Part shown: positions 28,266-40,595 of the stretch, piece by piece
Layout: each line of letters begins with the position of its first letter
Position numbering within the stretch: position 1 is the first letter of the stretch
Source of the DNA: Cycas panzhihuaensis
Taxonomy: Eukaryota > Plantae > Cycadophyta
Length of the DNA stretch: 64,000 nt
Direction: 5' to 3'
Assembly (NCBI GenBank): GCA_023213395.1
Contig: CM041465.1
Span: forward strand, 144,839,741 to 144,903,740
Made by a program: the position numbers and the translations under genes
The notes under the pieces: generated by a model
Told to the model about the DNA's origin: nothing
Databases searched by the model: none
What the model saw: only the letters and a program-made list of their open reading frames with translations

Positions 28266-29515
28266 GATGTTATATTGAGATATTATCAAGAGATTATATC
28301 ATTATATGTTTTAGTACCTATTTAGTATTTGAATCTGTGTTTATTTCTACTTTCTATTTATTTCATACTAAAATTGGATGATCTTAATTATTATCTTGTG
28401 CCCTTGGATCTATTAAATTATTATTGTATAAGAAATACTTAAGAAGGTATACTCCATTTTCTTACCTGATATAAGACAAGAGAGAAGTTTCATAAGTTTG
28501 TTTATTTAAGAAATTGGTAATAACAACTATAAGTTATCTATAAAACTAGGTTCAACTATTGAGGAGTTCAACTGATATGCATTTTTTAGTTAGAAATATG
28601 ATCACTATATATGAAAAGAGGCATGGAAATATATTATTACATGTTACCTTACTACAACTAGCTTGATAGGCTAAGTGGTACATCTTATTCTTAGAGTTAG
28701 TTAGTTAAAAACTAATTTTGATGAGATAGGTTATCAATAAAGCTATAAAGATATGTGTAATATCATCGATGGAGTATCACATACATATCTCATAGATAAA
28801 AGGCAAGAAAGATTTACAAGTTACTCTTACATAATATATTTATCTAATAATAATATGTTATATCTATTTTATAAAGCTGATGAATCACGTAGCAAAAATA
28901 TTTCTTAGATAACTAGTGATTGCAATGGTTGGTTACCCATACAATTTGGTAAATAGTTGTTTTATATAGATATTAGTAAATTGGTTAATTGATGATTTGA
29001 TGAGTTTTATTTATAACTTACAAGTAGAAGATATAAAATTAATTAGAAAAAACTTCATATATCGTGACAAGTTAATATTCATGAGTCATGGTTGTTTGAT
29101 TAATTGATAGATGAATTTATAAATGGCAAGCTATGATGTAATATGATGATGACATGATAGGATTTTCTTACAATAGATGAGCATAATGAAGACAAGTTTG
29201 ACAAATTAATTTACAAGTGATATACGTAAAGGGAAGATACAGATGAGTAGGTGATTCAACATAAAAATATGAAAAATCCATAAATTAAACATTAAATATG
29301 AGTGTTAGAATATTAGTTTTCACTAATATTAATGTAGCATTTAATTAGTATACCAAGGTATTATTAGTCAATATGAAATGTTCTTATACACATGATTATA
29401 TTAGTTAATATAATGATAGAATGTGATTAGTTATTGATGAAATTACATATTATATAAAGGCAATGCTTATTGTAAAGAAAATCAGATCACCTAATCCTCC
29501 TAGTGATGCTAAGAT

Positions 29516-32500
29516 TGTAAGAATTTAGAATTTTACTCCGATATCATATTAGAATGTACTCATAATTAAAATAGAAGTGTGTCAATCATGTTAAATGAAT
29601 TAATCATATCATAAATATTATGTATATAATTCATGTAATATAAAATCTACATATCAAATAATAACATGAACCTAAAGTAATGAACATCATAAAGCATCAC
29701 CATATGAGAGACAACAAATTTATATGTAAAAATTCTAGTATAAAAAAAAAACATGGGAGAAGGTTAGAGTTAGGAGCTACTCTTTATAATATTAAACGAA
29801 TTACATTTCTAAGTTAATCCTTCTTTTCTCAAGTTCTAAGAGGTGTACACATATATTTATAGATATGTCACCTCATGAATAACTTATAATATCTTTTAAG
29901 CATTTTTATCATCTAATAAAATACTTACATAAATGTGTGTGCATATCACATTTATCAATATTTTTTTGAGTGGGTTGTATAGGTCCACAACATTATATTA
30001 AACATTATATATTTAAAGATATTATATATTCCAATACTCCTTCTTAATATTTAATGTTTATAATTTATAATATTCAATTTTTCAATCTTAGTCTTCTTTT
30101 ATTCATACTTTTCTTATATATTAGAACCTATATACCCATATCAAATATATATCAAGTTCAATAAAGTTATATCACCTGTAATATGTAAAACTATCAACAT
30201 CATACTTATCACTTACAAATAATTAACTTGTAATTTATAGTCAACTGTGATCATTAACGACTAACTATGAGTATCCACTTGTAAAATATTTATAAAACCA
30301 TCATCAATCAATCAAACAACTAATATCAATTTTATGACTTTCACTTGTCATGTTATATAAAGTTTTATCCTCAACAACTTTATATCTTTACTTCTAAAGT
30401 TGTAATCAATTAATATTTATCAACCTATCATCTTATTAAAATTTCATAAATAAAATGATTGCTAATATTTATATAAAACACCAACTATCTACTAAAATAC
30501 ATGAGTTATTAGTTGTTATAATTACTAGTTCTTTAGGATGCATTTCTTATATGCAGTTCATCAACAAATAAAATAATACTTGCTATTAGGCAAAATGTTA
30601 TTAGAAGAGTAGCATAAAATCTTGCCTCTTGCATGCAAGAATAATAATACAATTTATGTATTATATAAGAGTAGCCTTATTCATCTTACCTTTTATATAT
30701 AAGTAAATAGCTTGTGTGTTACCTTCATCAACACTTCTCCATACATCTTCTCCAACTTTCTTTTAGTACCAATAAAATTTCATCAACATCGATAATCAAT
30801 AATTTGAACATATTAACTCTAGGAATAAGGTGTACCACCTAGCTAAGGCAAGTTAGTTATAATAAAGTAATATAAATTGTGTATTCCCATGCCTCTTATT
30901 ATATATGGCAAGTTAGATTTCTCATTAACAAACACATATTTGATATTAACTAAACTCCTCAACAACTAATTTTGGTCTGCTAAGAATTCAATATATGAGA
31001 CTTCTTCTTTATGTCTCATAAATAAGTGAAAAAGAACATCATTACATCTCTTCAATAACAACTATAAATAAACTTGGCTCTTTATTACTCTCAAATAGGT
31101 GATTTCATTAATCTTTCGAATAAGTAAGTAATAAACTAAGTGATCATGACATTTAATTAGTGGAGGTCTTCACTAAATTAAATCTGGTAAGTGCTAAGGG
31201 GGATTTTAATCATATCCAACATATTTAAGATTCCCATATTAACTAATATCCCACATCATCAAATTTTCATCTCTTTTGAGCAGTAAACTATCATAAATAA
31301 GCCTTTATATATTTAACTTTAAACTAAACTTCATTTTCCTTTCTTTAATAATTATTAATTTCATCATCATAATATTTGGAGCCTTTATAAATATCAAAAT
31401 ATGCTAAAGCAGATCTTAAAAGGTTTAAAAAATGTAACTTTTATGATCACAGTGTTAATCATAGTAGGCAAGTTTTTATTATAATACATGGAGCAGTCAG
31501 CCATGGGAGCAATCTCTCGCTTAATTCTTCCTGTATATACAAATAATATACAATTACAATTTTTGATTATGGTCTAGTAGTATACTTCATTAAATCAAAT
31601 AGTTAGTGGCATTTGTGTAGAATTCTCAATGATTTATATATGGGTATCATCACTTCTTCACAATGGTTACATCTACTGAATGGCATTCTCTTCATAAATA
31701 TCATCTTATGATATGTAAATGAATGCCTTTAACTTGATATTATATAATCTGTCCAGCCACAACTATAAAAATTTTAATTGTTCCATCACAAACTTTAGCT
31801 CCATAATCTCACAAATGGTGTCATAATTTGCTACATTTGAAATCTAGGGTCTATTACCTCACATCTTTACTTGGAAATCTCTACTCATCAAAATTCTATA
31901 AGTTTAATATATGCATTGGTTTCCTCCCTCAAATATACCTTAATAATTGTTGAAGGCAAGTAGGAGTCACTTAATGGTATTATTCATCATATTAGATGGT
32001 GAATCTGTATTATTTCATGAGTTACATTTGACTCTATTCATATGCATATTCACCTAAAACCCAAATGCAAAATCGGTTCTTTATCTTAGTTATCAATAAT
32101 GGAAAAACAACAAACTAGTGAAACCCTTAAACCCTCATATATGCCACAATATAAAGTTTTTTCATGCAAATCCTAGATTATGCATCATCCATGTCTATCA
32201 TAATTTTGTGCCACCATATAAGTAGAATTTTGCTGTAAAGATATGTATACAAACCCTTTTTTTTCACAACACATTCGTATCTACAATATAGTTTTTGCCA
32301 AAATAATGATTATTTTTTTTAATTTTAAACCCTATGAACCTCACAAACTTCCATACTAATTATATTATGGTGCCTATGTTATCAAAATAAAGCAATGTAT
32401 ACTTTTAATGACTTATCACATAATAACTGGTACAGGCCTTGCTATATGTTTTACATAGTGATGAGATACTAAATTCTATTATCGCTCAACATACATGAAT

Positions 32501-33284
32501 GTATTTGTTGTTGCTAATTACAATTTAGTAAGATGATTAATACCACTAAATCTCATTCACTTTTACAAGGGTGCAACCTATATTGGCAAATACAATTGGC
32601 AATAGTTCTCTACATCATTTGGTGGACTTGTTTCATACTTATATGTCTCTTGAATATGGGCATACAACATGCTTAAATAAATGTTCATAAAACTAAATGA
32701 TCAACATAGGATTAGTTTTATTGTCATCATTTGTATATATTTTTCAAACATCTGTATCTTGCCTATGATCTCAATTATGTGTTGTCGATGTAATTGACTT
32801 TTATCTTATTAAATTCCTCCTCACACTAGCTCTTATACTAGTTCATATCAACTTTATCACTAGCTCAATTGGCTCATATAAGCTTCAATTTATCTCTATA
32901 AGATCTTTTATAATATAAATAAGAACCAAGCTCTAACCATATCTCTAATAAATTGCATTCACAAATCTCCACAAGGTCTTTTATAACCTTCAACATTAAT
33001 ACCATATAAGAATTTAGAATTTTATTCTAATACCATATAGGAATGCACTCATAATCATAATTATTTCCAAGTTAATCCTTCATTTCTCAAGTGGTGTGTA
33101 CATATTTATAGATATGTCACCTCATGAATAACTTATAATTTCTCTTGAGCCTTTTTATCATCTAATAAGTGTGTACATAAATATATGTGTATTGCACATC
33201 TACTAATACTTTTGTGAGGGGATTATGTAGGTCTACAATATTACATTAAATATTAGATATGTGAAAATATCACATATTTTAACA
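29516..33284 (-). mobile_element. Element K: Copia-type LTR element with hAT-derived interior, homologous to E
   Basis: LTRs 29516-30036 and 33005-33284 (the latter with an ~240-bp deletion); PBS TGGTATTAATGT 32993-33004; PPT ATTAAGAAGGAG 30037-30048; TSD AAGAT/ATGAT, where E's uninterrupted LTR has AGGAT. Confidence 0.88.
31060..32775 (-). pseudogene. Decayed hAT-family transposase (BED / DUF659 / dimerisation-like) inside K
   Basis: Ordered motifs QDTDV*KIY..FYEHLFK, YDRHG*CII*D, SNVTHE..TDSPSNM, NYDTICEIMELKFVMEQL..W, FSRC..EVMIPIYKSLRIL, RKINEITYLRV. Confidence 0.7.
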
Positions 33285-35934
33285 ATGATGACTCACCATA
33301 TGGATATTTAATTATTCTTCTTAATATGAGATCTTATAAATATATGGAGGTGGTTTTTCCATCCATGGGTTTTCCATATCAAATATGGTATATATATGAT
33401 GCATGCATTATTGTCTCTTATACCCTTATCCTTTTCATTTATTGTGTCCATGATTTACTTAATTAATCATATGATTATATTATATCTTACTTGATTACAT
33501 GCTTTGCATAAGTCATTACAAAAATTTTAACATTTTCCTTAGCAATTGATTCTCATGTATTCCTATATCCATCAAGTTAGAATTCTAAATTGTAAGTTAA
33601 TCATGACACTTTTTATCTACTTAGATGGGGGAAGCTGAGGAAATCTAATTCTTTTCACTATAACTTAGATTATTTAAAATAATATAGAAAACTTATGTTT
33701 AGTGTTAGATTATTCATTCCATTTAATACCAATAACCTCATCAAATATCTTACTATCATTAAAGCCCTCACCCATACTTTATATACATTCATATTGGCCC
33801 AGTTGTGATTTTACTAATTTATTGTTAATCATTTAATAACTAACTCAGGTTTGTTAAGTATCTTCTTCTCATCTCTGAGAAGCAAAGTGTATATAACTAG
33901 GTTACTACTTGTTAGGTTTTATGTTGCCTCTATCATTCATATATCTTGAGAGAAGAATATTGAAGTGGATGCTTTAGTTTATCTGATACTAACATAATAC
34001 TTGTATATACAACAATAAAAACACAATGTAATAACATTAAAGAAGTAGTACTTGTTGGAAATATTCATTATTTATTTCACCAACTCCATTGAGCTCTATT
34101 GCTAGGGGGGAATATTTCTCTTATTTTGGGCCCTTTAGCCCTCAATCTAAGAAGCTTAAGTATAACTTCCTTTATTATAACTAGATATATATTTGTTGCT
34201 TCTAATTTGCTTGATATTATATTTGATTATTTATATTTGTTTATCATTTGTATTAGAATGCATATGATTTTGCATTTGCTTAATCTGGTTTACATTTATA
34301 TAGTGCATCCTCCCTTGGTGATAATAGAAGAGGGATATAAAATATGACTTTATAGTATATTTCTCCTTTTAACACATAAAGTTATAATATTATAAGTATG
34401 AGAAATATAAGTGTATAGTGAATAGTCAACTCAAGAAATATTACTGTAATAATAATAATCAGAGATGTAGATAAATGGAATATGAATATGAAGGAATTAA
34501 ACTTATTTAAGGTCAAAAGTATGAAAAATATAAGTATCAGAATCTCAACAAAAAGAAAAATATGATGCCCTCAAGCTATCCCAATAATCCTCATAGGACC
34601 TATATTCATATTTCATAGAAATAAGCCACAACATGTAAACATGATAATGAAAGCTCAAAAGTCCATATACATTAAAGTCTAATTTTATCTCAACAATCAT
34701 AATAGTTATGCTTTGTATGTCTTTGTTGATTGCAAGAGTAGTAAGTCATTGGCTAAAACTAAAGGCATACCTTAAGTATGTTAGAAACAATTACAAGAAC
34801 TAGTAGTAGGGATAACCATTAATGGTGAGGATGTTTTTTGGTTAAGGTATACTTCTTGATTTCTAATATCTATCAATGGCCATTATTTTCTAATTAACCT
34901 ATATAAGGCTAATAGATAAGGAACCGATATGTTAATAGGGCTACCATTCATAGATGATAACTTTATAGTAATCCTTATAAAAGAAATGGTATACTTTTAT
35001 TATTAAAACATATAAGTAGGAGTAAAGGGGCTTCATATAGCCAAGTAAAGAACAAAAGAAGAAGCAACCATATCTTGTGTTGTAGATATGACACATATTA
35101 TACAAATAGAGGGAAAATTGGTAGATAAATTCTAAAAATATGAAAGTTACAATAGTAATCATACTACAAACAAAAAAGGGAACCAAATAGAGTATAGGAT
35201 AAAGACTCCTTGAAAAGAAAAACCATAGTTTAAAGCATTGTTTGAAGTTCTTCATGTAGGAATACAGGTAAGAATCCTAAAACAAATTTTAGTTTAAGCA
35301 TAGTTCACAGGTTTATTTTAAAAAAATGACAAAGGAAGCATTTGAGGGCAATACCACATGCTATAGCTAGTCAAGGATATTTAGAAGATAATCGAATAAC
35401 CCACAAGTGTATGATTATATCTTGATAAAGATATACGTGCATCTAGCTATTCTTAGACACCCACTCACATTTGTCCTTTAGAGATTACTTTTTTAATCGA
35501 GATTATTATTTAGACTGAGTTAGTTGGGAGAATTATTTTTCCATATTTGGATATGATAATCAGATAATAGGTACATAACTTTAATCTAAAAAATTCTTGG
35601 ATTGAACTATTGTTATATCAACTCATATCTCTTAAACACATACACAATATTAACCTTTGGAATTTGCATCTCCAAGTATCTACCAACATGCAAAATGATA
35701 AACTAATAATTAGCCTAATAGGAGACAAATGATACAAAGTTTGGCACACAAATGGATGCAAAGAAGATAAAACTCTTTAGGACTCAAAACAATGATGTAT
35801 TTGGAAGCATAGCTTGGGAAAATATTACAAATCATATGAGAAGTGCCTAATTGATTATAGATAGACATAAGCAAAGTGGGCCCCGACTACATCAAAAAAC
35901 TTCTACCTGTTCTCACTAGTAAGAATAAATTATA

Positions 35935-36052
35935 AAGGGATAGACATTATGTCTTTTTGACATAAGATCTCCCTTTAGCATTCTGTAAAAGGCATGAAGG
36001 GATAGACACCATGTTTTGTTGATGTAAGATGTCCCTATGGAATTTTATAAAA
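35935..36052. repeat. Two 62-bp-period direct repeats with internal hairpin, in an unassigned LTR-like region
   Basis: AAGGGATAGACA..ATGT..TTGA..TAAGAT.TCCCT at 35935 and 35997; partial third copy at 36120; TATA-like at 36262. Confidence 0.7.
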
Positions 36053-37399
36053 ATATAACTTTTGTTAAGTCATCTTAATAAAGTATCTTTCATAAAAGGT
36101 AGAATCCTAAATAAGGAAGTGATAGACACCATCCATAGAGTGATATGTCATGCATGGATGAGACGTCACTTCTCAAATGACCTAGGAAGTACCATAAGAA
36201 TGAAAGTTTTCTAGAAAGAGAAGCATATGGGGACATTTAAAAGGCATCAAAGAATACAATGATATAAAGAGGGGAAGGTTTGAGTTTTGTAGGAGAGGTT
36301 TTCCTAAGGAATATAAGGGCTTCATTTCTAGTAATCAACTTACGTGTTAATTAGCTTCTGTTCTTATACCCATGATTGATTAGTTGTGAATTTTATTGTG
36401 AGCTAATTTATAAGTAAAATATTATCAAATGTGTGTGGATGGAATCTTATTAGTATGCACTTACTCTGAAAAGCTTTTACTCTATGGGCTTGTAAATATA
36501 AAAGCATTACATCTCATTGGCCTCATAAATTCCCCTCATCTAATTAATGAGAATGCATTTATATATCTACCTTATAAGTTGTAATTGACCTTAAAAAATA
36601 TCCATATATATTCAAATTTCATTTTATTATTTCACTTGTGATGTTAACATATGTAATGAGTGATATATAGAGTTAGAGCATAAATTAGTAGTAGGTTCAT
36701 TAGATATTACTATAATTTAGGTCTCATATTCATAAAACATTTTTTGAAATATAAAGGCTTTGTTAATAAAGGGTATTATCATAAGTAAAACATTTGTGCT
36801 TATTGTGAATGTTTAGTATTTCCAACTTTACATATAATTAATATCATTTGTCCATGGTCTACCCATCATTATTGAATATGGTGCCTAACTTATCATTACT
36901 ATTATGATTATGAATCCTTATGCCACTCATATACTTGTTATGTTCTATGATATATTTACAATCAACACATTAGTTGATAATATATTTTGTTGATTTGTAA
37001 TTAGAATTAAACACATTAATGGTTATGATATTGTAGCATTTGTAAGAGCATTGAGTCGATCTAATATCTATAATGGTAGTAAAATATTTTCATCAATACT
37101 TATAGATCTTCATTCACAAGTAGGTATCCATGTCTTAGAACCAAGTTTGTTACATGTGTTCCGACTGAGATCACTTGAAATATACCTCAATCCAACCATT
37201 CTAAACTATTGACCAATAATGTATCAAAGCGTACTTCTCAATTTTATCTTCTGTTTGATAGATTTAATGGATCATTTCATTATCTGACAATGTCTATTTT
37301 CTTTTGCTTGCTTTACTACAAGGTTAATTCTAGTCTTTTCAAAGTATAACATCCATTTATGTATTTTGACTCTTAATAACAAAGTAGTCATAATTTAGT

Positions 37400-39900
37400 T
37401 AGTAACTTTTCTCAAATTTATGCATTAGACATTGTTTACAAATTTACTCATAACCTATGATGAGCTTGTCTATGTTTGATTGATAGTATTATTTATCTAT
37501 TCCTTTTTACCAATCATGATCCCTTAAATGTGTTTATTATGAGATTCCAGAAGGATCTCATATCTTTAGTCTGTATTAATCAATAATCAATTAATTTGTT
37601 CCTCTCTTTGAATGATTATTATATCTTAGATCTATTTTCTCATCATCTTTGATACATTATGCATTTCATTCTTTTTTTTTTCCCTTAGAGCACTTTAATA
37701 CCTTTCATTTAATACATTTATTGTGTGGGCATCTTTCCCTATTATGTCTCTCTTATTAGTTATATACTTTTCTAACCAATGTATATCAATCATATTGTCT
37801 TCAATTCGCATCCTTTTCTAATGAGAAAAATCAATAGACATTTATGATGCTTAAGTTTTTCACGTATATGTATTCTTAACCAGTAGCTCCTCTTACTCAA
37901 AAGGTCAATTATTCATTTACTTCTTTTATTTTTATAGAGAATTACTTTCTATGTTGTATTTTTATTAACCATGAACCACCAAATTATTGGAGATTATGGA
38001 ATAGGAGCTATTTATTGGAGAAGATTGGCATAGATTATGTTAGGCTTATCATGCCAAAAAATTTCATTTTATACATACTCACTAGTACCTTATATTCTTT
38101 ATCACTCTTTATTTCTGTATGATTTACTACAATAATATGACTATATTTTTGTCCTCATTAAAAAGGTAGAGCATTCTCAACATACTTAGAATAAAATATT
38201 TCTAGTGTTAAAATGATTTTCTTCTTATCTTATTCATGAAATAGTGGTTTTATTCTTTATATTAAAAATATAACACATTATTGCATGGGATTCCTATATC
38301 TTCTACGTGATTGAATTTCCCCATATTTTTTCAACACCGTACATTTCAAATATTTATAACTCATCTAATATACTTTTTTAAATCTTTGGAATTCTATCAT
38401 CACTCTTATGTTTATTATGCCTTCATTCTTTATGAACAAAATGATTTTCAACTCTAAATCTATTTAAGTGATGGCATATGTTACCTCCTCTTTTGAAAGA
38501 TTAATTCCCTTACTAAAGAGATTTAGGATTCTTGTTAATTATTTGGCTATCCTTATTTTTTAAAAATGTTTGTTCTTTATTCATAACTCATTATCTTTTA
38601 AGATATTCATCTAGATTGAGTTTGATAATTTCCTGGCCATTTATCTAGGCTGTACCATTAACATTTAAAGATATATCCCATAATCATGCAACATGCATAC
38701 ATTTAAACCTAAAGCTAATATTATAACATGTGTCCAACTTTTGCTTCATTATTAGCCTTTAACATAATCATATGATTAAACAAAAATTATTCATAGATTT
38801 AATAAATCATATATTCATATGCAATTTTTCAATCTTAATCTATATGCAAATTTATACATTATATAATATGTATGTAATTAGCTTTCATTATGCTCTATCT
38901 TTTCCCAAATGGAGATTTAATCTTATATTATTTTCCTTGTTTCTTATTAGGTAGAATATAGAATATAGTATATGCATGTCCTCTTAAATATGACACATTT
39001 TCCTTTTCTTTATGATGTTATTATTAAAGGACTTAAAGTTCACTTACCTTATGTTTGGAATCTTATTCCTTAATAAGTAATATTAAGTGCATATTCTCAA
39101 GAGAGAGCATGCATAACTATCACCTTTATTCAAACATAACATCTTTGGAATTTACATAATTATAATATTATTAGATGATTAAAGAAAATCATGAGGTGTA
39201 TTCATCCACATCCTTCTTTTCTCATCTTAGTTATTATGACCTCCTTGGAAATTATTCTTAAATATCTATTTCATAGGTAAGAATAGTAAAGTCTAATACA
39301 CATGGATCTCAAATATTTGATAGATTAATATCTATCTTTATAATTTATCATTTGTAAATTGACTAACTAAAGTGATTATAAGGACCTTATACATTAATCA
39401 AACTATATATTCAGTTTCCATTAGATCACTTTCCTTATTGAACATTGATTTCTATTTGTTAACTTATGTTGTATGCTTACCTCTCATAATAGACCAAGGC
39501 ACCTTTTAAAATGAGTAGATATTAATTATTTCAAGAATATGATCTTAAATAAATGAAACTAAGTTGTAGAAAGTACATATCATGGTGTATAGTTTCTCAT
39601 TAGTCTGAAAACGAATGACCATGTATCCTAAATAGATACTGCATAAAAAAATTAAATTAGTTTTGAGTTGGTAGTCATAAATATAAATTATTGAAAGTTA
39701 ACTTTACTTTGAATTATTAATTATTTCAAGGATGACTTTAGCGTAAATAATTACTAATTTAAATGTGGACTCATATATAAGGAGTGAATGGGTCCTTTTA
39801 AAAAATTAGTTCTCAGAATTCTCTTATCTTCTTAGAAAGAAAATGTTATTTCTATAAGTTCCATTTTCTTGAAGAGGAACAATAACTATATTTTATTATC
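37400..39900 (+). pseudogene. Highly decayed LINE ORF2 (endonuclease/RT) remnant; boundaries approximate
   Basis: IIGDY (~37983), DYIF (~38140), DNFLAIYLG (~38624), KREHA*LSPLF..IFGIYI..GVFIHILLFS (~39100-39225), resembling KQGCPLSPTLFGIYI..ILLFADD. Confidence 0.45.
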
Positions 39901-40595
39901 TTATGGATGCTTTATAATAGAGATAAATTACATCATCAATTCCTATTTCATTGTATTATAAATTATTATATTTGTTATTATTTTTATTCCTTTGTGTATT
40001 ACCATATTTGATATCATTTTAGTATTACTCATTTTTAATGCAATTAGGACCTATTACTAGCATTCTATTGCATGTAACTTTTAAAAATTGGTTGCACCCA
40101 AGTATTTTTATTCTTATTTATTTATAAATTCAACATGTAATATTGAAAGGTTACTACAATTCAAATGACAACATTCATAAATCTATATTACTTTTTTATA
40201 AAAACCTCATACTCTTCTATTTTCTATTTATGGGTTCAATTTGATATCATTCCAATTATGCTTCCTTTAAGATTCTATGTAATTCTTCTTAATCATTAGG
40301 GTTTTTGGAGGAGAGAAGAATTTATTTATTTTCTTCAAATTTTTAAAATAAAGCTCGTCAAAATAGCTTTTTTTATGGAACCCGTTCTTTTATTGAAATC
40401 TTATAGGGTTTATAAAAATAATTTTCTTCAGCGAAACTTTCTTAAGCTTGGTAATTTTAACTTTTTCCCTTTCAAGTAAGCTTCATCACCCAATGTTTAC
40501 CACTACTCTATTCTCTTAGGCTTTGGTACTATTATCATGAAACATTCTCTTACCTTAACTAATATCTAAGGAAATTTATTATAAATTATTAATTA

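Larger units (their letters stand above)
7091..28456 (+). mobile_element. Element B: old decayed Ty3/gypsy chromovirus (Reina-like); both LTRs interrupted
   Basis: 5' LTR 7091-7432 plus 13038-13086; PBS tggtgtcagagc 13089-13100; PPT ttaggggagtggact 24106-24120; 3' LTR 24121-24319 plus 28271-28456; TSD TTTTT/TTTTC. Confidence 0.88.
4208..33532 (+). mobile_element. Element E: non-autonomous Copia-type LTR element with hAT-transposase-derived interior; hosts B and K
   Basis: 5' LTR 4208-4665 (TGTTAG..AGCA); PBS tggtattaaagt 4666-4677; 3' LTR 29303-29515 plus 33290-33532; perfect TSD TTTTC (4203-4207, 33533-33537). Own interior is 4666-7090 plus 28462-29302. Confidence 0.88.
29303..33532 (+). 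repeat. 3' LTR of E, split by K (29303-29515 and 33290-33532)
   Basis: Both halves align in order with 4208-4665. Confidence 0.88.

Noticed and set aside
28875-28900. CTGATGA as a hammerhead (retrozyme) core
   Set aside because: No flanking stems or GAAA core at suitable spacing; not in an LTR.
35935-36135. CRISPR-like repeat
   Set aside because: Only 2-3 degenerate units, no spacers or cas genes, eukaryotic TE context.
36879-36889. tggtgcctaac as a decayed tRNA-Lys PBS
   Set aside because: The match does not extend, and no paired LTR or gag was found.
33538-36900. Host gene or a definable element (including ORF 34941-35255)
   Set aside because: Low-complexity hydrophobic ORFs only. Probably the 3' region or LTR of an old gypsy, but I could not fix the boundaries.
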